DNA of 54,650 nucleotides from a candidate division WOR-3 bacterium (lineage in GTDB: Bacteria; Hydrothermota; Hydrothermia; B15-G9; WFZT01): the NCBI GenBank assembly GCA_027053075.1, contig JALUEE010000021.1:1-54650 (forward strand), given 5' to 3'. Position 1 is the stretch's first letter. Each line of letters starts with the position of its first letter. A model generated the notes under the pieces. That model was not told the DNA's origin. It saw nothing but the letters and a program-made list of their open reading frames with translations, and did not search any database. Position numbers and translations under genes: made by a program. Shown piece after piece: positions 38,583 through 47,717 of the stretch.

Positions 38583-40328
38583 ATGAAGAAAGTCCTGATT
38601 ATTGGCTCCGGTGGGAGGGAGCATGCAATTGCGTGGAAGGTGAAAAAGGGAGCAAAAGTTTATGTTGCTCCCGGCAACGGCGGAACTGCTGAAATTGCTA
38701 CAAATGTGCCCATCAATGTGGATGACTTTGCTACCCTTGTGAATTTTGCCAGGTCCGAGGGTATTGATTTGACTATTGTAGGGCCGGAAAAACCTATAAG
38801 TCTTGGCATTTACGAGGCCTTTAGCGAGGTGGGGTTAAAAATTCTGGCTCCCTCAAAGAAAGGGGCAAAGCTTGAGGCTTCAAAAATATTTGCCAAAAAT
38901 TTCATGAAAAAATACGGAATACTCACTGCGGATTTCAGGGCATTTGGACGTTTTGAAGAAGCGGCTGCATTTATCAAATCAAGGGATAAATTCCCGGTTG
39001 TCATAAAGGCTGATGGCCTTGCCGCAGGGAAAGGTGTGGTGATTGCAAAGAGCCCGGAGGAGGCGCTTGAAACCCTGAAAAGCTTTATGATAGATGGGAA
39101 GTTCGGAGAGGCCTCAAAGAAGGTGGTTATAGAAGATTTCCTTGAAGGTCAGGAATTTTCCATTTTTGTTCTGACAGATGGCAGGGATTTTAAAGTTTTA
39201 GGGGGTGCGTGTGATTACAAGAGGCTGTTGGATGGAGACCGAGGCCCAAATACTGGTGGCATGGGATCAGTGGCTCCTGTTCCATTTTTAACGCACGAAA
39301 AATTGAAAAAGGTGGTCGAAAAGATTATCGAGCCCACAGTAACAGGGATACAGGCTGAGGGGCTCGACTACAGAGGTTTTCTTTACTTTGGACTTATATG
39401 GACTGCTGAGGGGCCACAGGTGCTTGAGTACAACGTAAGGCTTGGTGACCCTGAAACTCAGGCGATTATGCCCATTCTTGAGGGAGACCTACTTGAGGCA
39501 GCAGAGTTGCTCCTTGAGGGGCGACTTCGGGATGTGGAGATCAAGGAGCCTCAGAAAAAAGCTGTAACAGTTATTGCTGCCTCACTTGGGTATCCTATTA
39601 AATATGTGACGGGGAAGAGGATTAGTGGTTTGAATTATGACGAGGATACCCCCCTCCCAGCCTCCCCCCATGCACTTCGTGCATGGGGGGAGGCGAAAGG
39701 TGGGGGGCACGTCATTTTCCATGCAGGCACGGAAAAACGCGATGATGGAATTTATACAGCCGGTGGGCGGGTTTTAGCAGTGACAGGTGTGGGAGAGAGC
39801 TATGAAAATGCCATGTCCAGGGCCTACAACAGGATTGAAAAGATTCATTTTGAAGGAATGTACTATCGGCTTGATATTGGTGAGAAGTGGACAAGAAAGA
39901 TTCTCATCATTGCGGGTAGCGAGTCCGATAAGGAGTTTGTCTCTTCCGGTACCGAAATTCTCGAAAAATTGGGCATCCCTTATGAATTTAAGGTCATCTC
40001 TGCGCACAGGAATTTGAGGGAGCTTGTGGATTTTATATCCAATTTCAGAGGTTTTGAAGTGATAATTGCCGTTGCGGGCTTGAGTGCCCATTTACCGGGT
40101 GTAATTGCGGGATTGACTTCCCTGCCGGTGATAGGAGTTCCAAGAGACGTGGGACCTTTAAATGGGATGGATGCCCTTTATTCTATGGTTCAGATGCCAC
40201 GCGGAGTGCCTGTTGCAACCATGGCAATTGGTAAGCATGGAATGATTAATGCTGTGCTCTATGCCTTGAGGATTCTTGCAAATAAATATCCGTGGGCCAG
40301 GAAGGCCCTTGAAAACTGGAGAAAATGA
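38583..40328 (+). CDS. purD: Fused phosphoribosylamine-glycine ligase (PurD) and PurE
   Basis: [27 protein letters not shown] and [10 protein letters not shown] (PurD), followed in frame by GSESD, SAHR, AHLPG and MPRGVPVAT (PurE). Confidence 0.92.
   Translation: MKKVLIIGSGGREHAIAWKVKKGAKVYVAPGNGGTAEIATNVPINVDDFATLVNFARSEGIDLTIVGPEKPISLGIYEAFSEVGLKILAPSKKGAKLEASKIFAKNFMKKYGILTADFRAFGRFEEAAAFIKSRDKFPVVIKADGLAAGKGVVIAKSPEEALETLKSFMIDGKFGEASKKVVIEDFLEGQEFSIFVLTDGRDFKVLGGACDYKRLLDGDRGPNTGGMGSVAPVPFLTHEKLKKVVEKIIEPTVTGIQAEGLDYRGFLYFGLIWTAEGPQVLEYNVRLGDPETQAIMPILEGDLLEAAELLLEGRLRDVEIKEPQKKAVTVIAASLGYPIKYVTGKRISGLNYDEDTPLPASPHALRAWGEAKGGGHVIFHAGTEKRDDGIYTAGGRVLAVTGVGESYENAMSRAYNRIEKIHFEGMYYRLDIGEKWTRKILIIAGSESDKEFVSSGTEILEKLGIPYEFKVISAHRNLRELVDFISNFRGFEVIIAVAGLSAHLPGVIAGLTSLPVIGVPRDVGPLNGMDALYSMVQMPRGVPVATMAIGKHGMINAVLYALRILANKYPWARKALENWRK
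39648..39707. repeat. REP-like palindrome inserted in frame in purD (encodes [20 protein letters not shown])
   Basis: Perfect 16-bp stem GCCTCCCCCCATGCAC-TTC-GTGCATGGGGGGAGGC (39660-39694); homologous to the intergenic copy at 22491. Confidence 0.88.
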
Positions 40329-41227
40329 TGGACTGGCAGGAAGTAAAAGAAAAAATCGAGGGAATTAGGAAGAAGGGCGGCAAAATAGTTTTTACAAACG
40401 GTGTTTTTGATATTCTGCACCGTGGACATGTGGAGTACCTTGCCTTTGCCCGTTCACTGGGTGACGTGCTTGTGGTGGGAATTAACACCGATGAATCCGT
40501 GAGGCGAATAAAGGGACCTGCGAGGCCAATAAATACGCTTGAAGACAGGATGTATGTGCTCCAGCACTTAGATGTGGTTGACTTTGTGGTGCCTTTTGAG
40601 GAGGATACCCCGGCGAGACTTATTGAATTTCTCCTCCCTGATATTCTTGTGAAGGGGGCGGACTATGAGCTCGATGAAATTGTGGGAAGGGAGATAGTTG
40701 AGAAGCATGGGGGTGAGGTGGTCAGAGCACCCTTGAAAGAAGGATATTCAACCACCAGGCTGATTAAGAAAATTGTAGAGATGTCAAAGGAGCTTGGAGT
40801 TGATAAGATGGAGCTTAGGACTCCTTTTGTGGCGGTGGATGCGATCATCCAGATTTTTCAGGGCGATGAACTCAAAGGGATTGTGCTAATCGAGCGAAAA
40901 TATCCACCTTATGGATATGCGCTTCCCGGTGGGTTTGTGGATTATGGTGAAAGTGTGGAGCATGCGGTGGTCAGGGAGGCGAAGGAAGAGACCGGGCTGG
41001 ATGTGAGAAATTGCAGGCAGTTTCATGTTTATTCTGATCCATCCCGTGACCCGAGACGGCACACGCTCTCGGTGGTTTTCACGTGTGAAGCTGAGGGTGA
41101 GCCTGTGGGACGCGACGATGCCCGTCGCGCGCACATCTTTAAGCTGGAAGAAATACCACTGGAAAAAATGGCCTTCGACCACAAGAAGATTTTGCAGGAT
41201 TTTATCAAGAGGGTGGGGATGGTGTGA
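40325..41227 (+). CDS. RfaE-II/HldE-type nucleotidyltransferase fused to a Nudix hydrolase
   Basis: [20 protein letters not shown] and YSTT motifs; then Nudix box [23 protein letters not shown] and RDPR. Confidence 0.88.
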   Translation: MMDWQEVKEKIEGIRKKGGKIVFTNGVFDILHRGHVEYLAFARSLGDVLVVGINTDESVRRIKGPARPINTLEDRMYVLQHLDVVDFVVPFEEDTPARLIEFLLPDILVKGADYELDEIVGREIVEKHGGEVVRAPLKEGYSTTRLIKKIVEMSKELGVDKMELRTPFVAVDAIIQIFQGDELKGIVLIERKYPPYGYALPGGFVDYGESVEHAVVREAKEETGLDVRNCRQFHVYSDPSRDPRRHTLSVVFTCEAEGEPVGRDDARRAHIFKLEEIPLEKMAFDHKKILQDFIKRVGMV

Positions 41228-41427
41228 TTGGGACTGTTTGAATCTCGACCATAGTAAAAAATTATTGCTGGTAGCTGAATAAAGTTCTAATGCTTTAATG
41301 AGTAAAACCATTCACAAGTATCGAAATAGAAACAATCTTAAATTCTCCTTGACATTTCTGTTATTTACAACTACTATCGCGGTTGTTATAAATTGGATAT
41401 TTTAAAAATTTATTCACAGGCGAGACT

Positions 41428-42108
41428 ATGAATGAAAGAGTTTCCATAGGAAATTCACTAAATGGAAAAGATTACTTTAATTATTACTTTAGTGGAGTTG
41501 TTTGGATAGTTGATTTCTTCCTGTTGATATCTTCAAGAACATCCACAGGACATTTATTAGAGTTAGTTCAAAAAATACCTACAGTAATAAGCATAATCTT
41601 GGTTGTAGCAATTCCATACGTTGTTGGTTTTGCGTTAAGCCCATGTGGAAATTGTGTGACAAAATGGATCAGAAAAATATTTGACGATCCTGTTGATTGG
41701 GTATTAGTGCTGGGGGATGAGCCAACTTGGGATAAAAAACACAAAGGTAAAAGACTGGCAGGAGTGTGGAGAAAGAGTCTGTATGACAAAATAAAAGAAT
41801 TAGTGGGAAAAGATATTAAGTATTCACCATTTTTCTGGGTGCGTACTTATGTTGAGATATTCTCTCCGGAGAACGGAAGAAAGCTGGCAGACCGAGCGCT
41901 TATACTTGCAAATTTAACCGAAAGCTTAATATTACCATCTTCTTTGTTGTCTTTTTTAATACTAGAGCAGATCGGTTTGTCATGTATTGTTAGTTTTTTA
42001 ATTTCGGTTCTAATATTCTCACTATTGTGCTATAGATACATGCAACTCAGAGAACATTGGGCTAAGCATGTTTACAGAGTATTCTATTTTACACAACATC
42101 AAAAATAG
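41428..42108 (+). CDS. AT-rich hypothetical membrane protein
   Basis: 226-aa ORF with ~4 hydrophobic segments; upstream TTGACA-17-TACTAT (41349-41377). Confidence 0.65.
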   Translation: MNERVSIGNSLNGKDYFNYYFSGVVWIVDFFLLISSRTSTGHLLELVQKIPTVISIILVVAIPYVVGFALSPCGNCVTKWIRKIFDDPVDWVLVLGDEPTWDKKHKGKRLAGVWRKSLYDKIKELVGKDIKYSPFFWVRTYVEIFSPENGRKLADRALILANLTESLILPSSLLSFLILEQIGLSCIVSFLISVLIFSLLCYRYMQLREHWAKHVYRVFYFTQHQK

Positions 42109-42243
42109 TTAGAAACTAAAGATTAGATATAATCTACAAAACCGCACGATTTTTTAAACATTTAGAAATACCTTATTAGCTGTGGGGGGAAATTCGAAGA
42201 TTTTCTCAAATAAGTGGCGATTACCCTCAATTTGCATCGATGA

Positions 42244-43203
42244 TTAAAAATTATATTCCACCATTTCCTCTGCTGCTTTTAGCACGGTTTCGGGTTTGAT
42301 GTTTCGCATGCATTTGAAGTGTTTTAATGGGCAGGCCGTGCTCCCGTGAAGGGAGCACGGCCTGCACTCCAACCCCTTCACCTCTATTATCCTCGCATTA
42401 CATGGCCTGAAACCAAACTCGGGCACCGTGGGACCAAAAATTCCAATTGTCGGTACACCATAAGCAGCCCCTATATGCATGGGAGCTGAATCGTTGGACA
42501 CAACAAGTTTTGACTTCTCAATAACTTTCAAAAGCCCCGGTATGGTGGTCCTGCCAACCATATCAATTACCTGCCCGCTAAAACCATTCAAAAACCTGCG
42601 GTCTTCTTTCCCTCCAACAGCGACCACTTCAATTTCAGGAAATTTTTCTTTGAACATCCGTACAAATTCACCAAAATACGGCCAGACCTTGGTTTCGTGC
42701 TTAGCTCCCGGCGCAACGACAACATATCTTTCAGGAAGTTCAAGCTCTATGGGTACACTCTCAAGCTTTGGGCAGGGAGTGGGTAAGTCAATGCCAAGAG
42801 CCTTTTTTATTGGGGCAGCATAAAGCTCGTAAACTGGTACCTCTTTGATTTGCTTTGTCCTTAAAGCCCTGAGCCTCTCCCTTCGACGATTATCATAAAA
42901 AGCTCGATGAGTTGCCCCTGATAAACCCACGAGGATTATACTCAGGACCTTCCTCTGGAGGTCGAAGACATAATCAAAATTCTGAGAGCGGATCTCCTTC
43001 ACAATTCTCACAATATCAGATAACCCATAAGGCTTGGGAATTTTGATGATTCCTCTGAGTCTCGAATCGTGCCCGTAGAGTCCTGCAAAATGGCTGTAAG
43101 TTGCAAGATAGACTTCGTTACCTTTAAGCAACTCCAAAACTGAAGACAATATTACGAGGTCCCCGAGCGATGAGAGTCTTATAAGCAAAATTTTTTTGCT
43201 CAA
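42244..43203 (-). CDS. Glycosyltransferase family 9 (LPS heptosyltransferase-like)
   Basis: RLSSLGD, APGA....K.WP and SNDSAPMHIGAA motifs. Confidence 0.9.
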   Translation of the reverse strand: MSKKILLIRLSSLGDLVILSSVLELLKGNEVYLATYSHFAGLYGHDSRLRGIIKIPKPYGLSDIVRIVKEIRSQNFDYVFDLQRKVLSIILVGLSGATHRAFYDNRRRERLRALRTKQIKEVPVYELYAAPIKKALGIDLPTPCPKLESVPIELELPERYVVVAPGAKHETKVWPYFGEFVRMFKEKFPEIEVVAVGGKEDRRFLNGFSGQVIDMVGRTTIPGLLKVIEKSKLVVSNDSAPMHIGAAYGVPTIGIFGPTVPEFGFRPCNARIIEVKGLECRPCSLHGSTACPLKHFKCMRNIKPETVLKAAEEMVEYNF

Positions 43204-45624
43204 TTATACCTCGAACGGAGAATTCTGATTTGACTTAAGAAGATTCAGGGCGTCCTCCAGCGGGACGGGTTTTGAGAAGAAAAAGCCCTGAGCATGATCC
43301 ACCCCCAGATTTTTCAAAAAGTTGAGCTGCTCACGGGTTTCGATTCCCTCTGCAATGATGCCGATATCCAGCTCCTTTGCCATTGTCACAATTGCCCGGA
43401 CTATGGCTTCACTGTCCCTATTACCGGGGATATCAATGATAAATGAGCGATCTATTTTAAGGTGGTCTATGGGAAGTTTTTTAAGGTACGAAAGGGATGA
43501 GTATCCTGTCCCGAAATCATCAATATCAATCATGATTCCTTTATCTCTCAGGATATCCAGCTCTTGTTTTATTTCATCTATATTGGACATCAAAGCACTT
43601 TCCGTGATCTCAAACGCGAAATGGTCGGGCGATACCCCGGAGTTTTCAACTCTTTTAATAATGCTTTCGAGAAGAATATCCTTTCTCAACTGGTAGGGAG
43701 ACAGGTTTACTGCCATTCTGAACTCATCCTTAATTTTTATAAATTTCTCAAGGTCACTTGCAGCTCTGAATAGGACCCACTCCCCTACTTCCGAAATAAG
43801 ACCCAGCGCTTCCAGCTCAGGAACGAATTCTGCTGGTGAAACCCATCCAAGTTTTTCATCCGACCACCTGAGTAACGCTTCAAATCCTATGATTTCGCCG
43901 CTATTCAAATCTACCTGTGGTTGGTAAAAAAGCATAAAGTCCATGTTTTTCACGGCTTCTCTTAAGCGGTTATCCAGAATAAGTTTTTTGCCCATTTTCT
44001 GGGTCATCTCTTCGGTGAAAAATCTATAACTCCCTGCTCCATCTCGCTTGGAATTCTTTAGCGCAGCATCTGCCTGCGATATCAAGTCCTTTTCTCCAGG
44101 ACCATCAGGATAGACAGCAATCCCGATATTCAAGTCAAGATAGACTTCATCTCCATTGATTTGGAAAGGCTCTCTAAATGCGTCAAAAATCTTTGATATC
44201 CAGTATCTAATCTCATCATCAACTTTAATGCCCTCGATTAAAATGGCAAACTCGTCCCCGCCAATCCTGGCAACAATACTGTCAGCGCCGGTATTCCTTT
44301 TTAGCCTTTGAGATACTTCAATCAATACCTGATCCCCGCGGTCAAAGCCAAAGGTGCTATTTATTTCGCTGAACCCCCAGATGTCAACATAAAAAAGTGC
44401 AACCTTTTCCCTGCGCACCCGCGCCTTCTCGAGGGCGGCCTCCAGCATCTCCTGGAGATAGAGTTTGTTGGGTAGTCCTGTAACCGGGTCGTTGTAAATC
44501 AAATCCCTTAGCCTTTCCTGCAAACTACGCTCCCTCGTGATGTCTCTACCTGTCAGGACAAAGTGTGTAACCTCACCATTTTTCGAAATTACAGGGGCAA
44601 CAAACTCCTCAAGATGATAGATTTCTCCATTGGGTTTTCTACCTACAAAGAGCCAGGGAAATGCTTTCCCCTCTTTGATCTTTTTATGGAACTCCTCGAG
44701 GTCTTTCTCCGAAGTGACGGCAGGTTTACATATTGCAGTCTTTTTACCAACGAGTTCTTTGGGGTCAAATCCCATTATGTCCCTTACAGCAGGATTTGCA
44801 AACAGTATGTTACTATCTTTATCGGTAATGATGATCATTTCTTTACTGTGTTCAAAAGCCCTAATGAGAAGTCGCTCAAATTCAATTCTGGTTATCATCT
44901 CAAAAGCAAACGAAAGATCGTCTCTTATCTCTTTGAGAAGTCGCTCCTCCTCTGGATCATTTATCACAAGTGGCTTATCCGAGTAGATACCGATAACCGC
45001 TTTGATATTGCCATTATCTTTGATAGGAATGTAGGCAGCAGATTTATATTCAAGTTTGAGAAGCGTTTTAACCCATGGCTCATCTTCATTCTCAACATTT
45101 TCAACGACAAATATTTCCCCTTTCCTCAACTTTTCTCCGGGCATTGTGTCCAGTGAAGAAAGGAGAGAAGAGAGAACCTTTTCACTTTCCTTAATGTATT
45201 CAGCCGGGCCTTCACAGGCCACAGGCTTGAGCTTGCTGTCTTTGTAAACTCCGGCCCAGGCAAATTTAAATCCTCCCTCATCCACAAAAACCTTACAGGC
45301 TTTTTTGAGGAGCTCCTCACGATTTTCTGCAACAATAATAAGACGATTTATCCTTGAAAGGGTGCGGTAAAGCCTGTTTATGAGATTTATACGTTCTTGC
45401 TGAGCATATATCTTTTTAAGGAGGGAATTCATAATAAAATCATACGCAACAAATATGACAAGGAGGGTGACTACCACGAAAGCTATGAAGAAGATGGTGA
45501 CATTGTGGAATATTTTGATTAAGTGGTGACTTCTGATAATTTCAAGAAAAGTGACACTAAGAGCTACGAATATGACGCTCAATAAAACTACAGTTAACCA
45601 GAGCTGCCTTTTTATATAATCCAT
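43204..45624 (-). CDS. Membrane-anchored GAF-PAS-GGDEF-EAL c-di-GMP enzyme
   Basis: 2 N-terminal TM segments; DPVTGLPN, RIGGDEF, FEALLRW and DDFGTGYSSL motifs. Confidence 0.92.
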   Translation of the reverse strand: MDYIKRQLWLTVVLLSVIFVALSVTFLEIIRSHHLIKIFHNVTIFFIAFVVVTLLVIFVAYDFIMNSLLKKIYAQQERINLINRLYRTLSRINRLIIVAENREELLKKACKVFVDEGGFKFAWAGVYKDSKLKPVACEGPAEYIKESEKVLSSLLSSLDTMPGEKLRKGEIFVVENVENEDEPWVKTLLKLEYKSAAYIPIKDNGNIKAVIGIYSDKPLVINDPEEERLLKEIRDDLSFAFEMITRIEFERLLIRAFEHSKEMIIITDKDSNILFANPAVRDIMGFDPKELVGKKTAICKPAVTSEKDLEEFHKKIKEGKAFPWLFVGRKPNGEIYHLEEFVAPVISKNGEVTHFVLTGRDITRERSLQERLRDLIYNDPVTGLPNKLYLQEMLEAALEKARVRREKVALFYVDIWGFSEINSTFGFDRGDQVLIEVSQRLKRNTGADSIVARIGGDEFAILIEGIKVDDEIRYWISKIFDAFREPFQINGDEVYLDLNIGIAVYPDGPGEKDLISQADAALKNSKRDGAGSYRFFTEEMTQKMGKKLILDNRLREAVKNMDFMLFYQPQVDLNSGEIIGFEALLRWSDEKLGWVSPAEFVPELEALGLISEVGEWVLFRAASDLEKFIKIKDEFRMAVNLSPYQLRKDILLESIIKRVENSGVSPDHFAFEITESALMSNIDEIKQELDILRDKGIMIDIDDFGTGYSSLSYLKKLPIDHLKIDRSFIIDIPGNRDSEAIVRAIVTMAKELDIGIIAEGIETREQLNFLKNLGVDHAQGFFFSKPVPLEDALNLLKSNQNSPFEV

Positions 45625-45930
45625 ATATCCTCCCCTTTCTTGCCCCGGGGTACATCATAATTGCTATTGTAAAGACCCCCTGCCTTTTAGTCAAATAACG
45701 ACCAGAACCAGGCTTAAAAACATAAAATTGCTGGATTTTCAAGAGGGAATCCTTCACCCTGTCCCTTATCCTGCATAAGTAAAAAGTCTTTCCCCCTTCC
45801 GCATAAATTTATTTGCAGGGGGATGGACATTGAGTCGAACATCCGCCATAAGTAAGGCAAAGAAAATACTTACACCCTGGGAAATATCAATCCTGAAGGC
45901 AGGATTTTTCGAACACACTCTCCCTGCTCT

Positions 45931-46283
45931 GAGCCCGTTCGAATATGTTTCCCTGGCTATTTTGTTGCTACGAGTGAATAGATTGACCAGAAAAGTGAGC
46001 TTAAACAAGTATCTCTAAGCATGATAAGCAGCGAACTCCCTCCCTTCCTCTGGAAGGGAGGGCTGGGGTGGAATGGATAAGTTTAGTGGTAAAAAAGCAT
46101 GTTCAGGAATATCGCTTCATTAGACATTCAAAATCCAGAGATGGTTAATCTTTTCCCATTCTCCCCTGACCCCTCCTTCCCCGGGGAAGGAGGGGAAATT
46201 TACCGACTGGTCTTCGATAATTAATGAGATTATGAGAACCTTTAAAAGGGCGCAATTTAATTTAGGATTTTTCGAACACACTC
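45931..46283. mobile_element. MITE-like family B, copy 2 (~353 bp, inverted relative to copy 1)
   Basis: Ends GAGCCCGTTCGAA / TTCGAACACACTC; 9-bp direct repeat CCCTGCTCT at 45922-45930 and 46284-46292; an additional family end GGATTTTTCGAACACACTC lies at 45902-45920. Confidence 0.8.
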
Positions 46284-46326
46284 CCCTGCTCTTGACGGAT
46301 AATTGGAGCGTCCATAAGATAAAGCC

Positions 46327-46767
46327 ATGAGTGAACGCATAACCTGGAAGGTCCTCCCCGCAAGGAATAAAAAGAAGCTTGTTATCTTTCTTTCAACCGT
46401 TATTGGTTTTTCAATACTTGTCCTATTTGTTGCTGGGATATACTGGGCCCTTTTCTCTCTTCTTGTGCTACTTGGCTCGCTATTCCAGTTCTACACCTAC
46501 ACCGAGTACACACTTGACGATGAAGGAGTTACCATCAAAAGACCACTTTACACAGTTAAAAAACCGTGGAGCGAATTTAAGCGTGTGGTGGAGACACAGA
46601 CTGGCATATTCCTTTCGCCCTTTTCGTTTCCATCAAGGCTTGATAGTTTTAGAGGGGTGCATTTATTAATAGAAAATGAGGACCGCGAAAAAATCCTCGA
46701 ATTTATAAAGGGGAAAATCCACAATGACAGTGAAAGAGAGGATCGAGAAACTGAAAGAACAAATTAA
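46327..46767 (+). CDS. Hypothetical membrane protein (2 TM plus a small soluble domain)
   Basis: Promoter TTGACG-17-TAAGAT 6 nt upstream of the ATG; overlaps yggS. Confidence 0.7.
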   Translation: MSERITWKVLPARNKKKLVIFLSTVIGFSILVLFVAGIYWALFSLLVLLGSLFQFYTYTEYTLDDEGVTIKRPLYTVKKPWSEFKRVVETQTGIFLSPFSFPSRLDSFRGVHLLIENEDREKILEFIKGKIHNDSEREDRETERTN

Positions 46768-47398
46768 CGAGGCACTCGCACGGGCGGGACGCGAGAATGA
46801 GTCCATTATCATTGTCGGTGTTACAAAAGGCATTGATATTCCACGCATTATTGAGGGAATTGAGAATGGTATAAATATTCTTGGAGAAAACAGGGTGCAG
46901 GAGGCACGCGAAAAAATTCCACAGATAACACTCCCCTGCCAGTGGCACCTTATTGGCCACCTTCAGAAAAATAAGGTCAAATATGCAGTTAAGCTCTTTA
47001 AAATGATCCAGTCGATAGATAACGAAGAACTCGCAGAATTAATTAACAAAAAGACACCGGAAAGGATGGACATCCTGATAGAAATCAACACTTCTGGTGA
47101 GCCTCAAAAGTATGGGGTTAGTCCGGATGAAGCAGGGAAACTTGTGGAAAGTATTTTAAACCTTCCAAATCTCAGACTTCTGGGACTGATGACCGTTGGC
47201 CCTTATCCGGTTGATGAAAAGAAATCAAGAAAGGCCTTTGCACTTTTGAGAGAAACAAGGGACAGGCTGGAGAAAGAGTTTGGAATCTCGTTGCCAATAC
47301 TCTCCATGGGCATGACAGAGGACTTCGAATACGCTATACTTGAAGGCGCCAATATGCTGAGAATTGGGCGCGGCATCTACGGCGAAAGAAATTACTGA
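46724..47398 (+). CDS. yggS: PLP homeostasis protein YggS
   Basis: VTK, GENRVQE, WHLIGHLQKNK, LSMGMT.D and RIGR motifs. Confidence 0.95.
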   Translation: MTVKERIEKLKEQINEALARAGRENESIIIVGVTKGIDIPRIIEGIENGINILGENRVQEAREKIPQITLPCQWHLIGHLQKNKVKYAVKLFKMIQSIDNEELAELINKKTPERMDILIEINTSGEPQKYGVSPDEAGKLVESILNLPNLRLLGLMTVGPYPVDEKKSRKAFALLRETRDRLEKEFGISLPILSMGMTEDFEYAILEGANMLRIGRGIYGERNY

Positions 47399-47411
47399 TA
47401 GGAGGTAGAAA

Positions 47412-47714
47412 ATGTTTATATTCTCCAACTTTTTAATAGCTCTGGCGAAGGTGATTGATATTCTTCTCAATCTTTACATGTGGGTCATCATCATCTGGGC
47501 ACTTTTATCATGGGTCAATCCCGATCCTTTCAATCCTATTGTGAGATTTTTGCGCGGAATTACCGAACCCTTTTTGAGGTGGATAAGAAGGACTCTCAGG
47601 ATAGGTTATTTTGGCGGGATAGATATTTCTCCAATTATTGCCATTCTTATCATATACTTTCTCAGGTATTTTATTGTAAACAGCCTGATTGAGCTGGCTG
47701 TAAGGATGAGGTGA
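47412..47714 (+). CDS. yggT: YggT family membrane protein
   Basis: LLSWVNPDP.NP, TEP and GGIDISP motifs. Confidence 0.92.
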   Translation: MFIFSNFLIALAKVIDILLNLYMWVIIIWALLSWVNPDPFNPIVRFLRGITEPFLRWIRRTLRIGYFGGIDISPIIAILIIYFLRYFIVNSLIELAVRMR

Positions 47715-47717
47715 ATC

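Noticed and set aside
45625..45900. c-di-GMP riboswitch upstream of the GGDEF/EAL gene
   Set aside because: No GEMM-type motif could be recognised by eye, and the region contains degenerate repeat remnants. An Rfam scan would settle it.
45766..46018. Short ORFs 45766-46008 (-) and 45830-46018 (+)
   Set aside because: They span family B element ends and have no SD or recognisable motifs.
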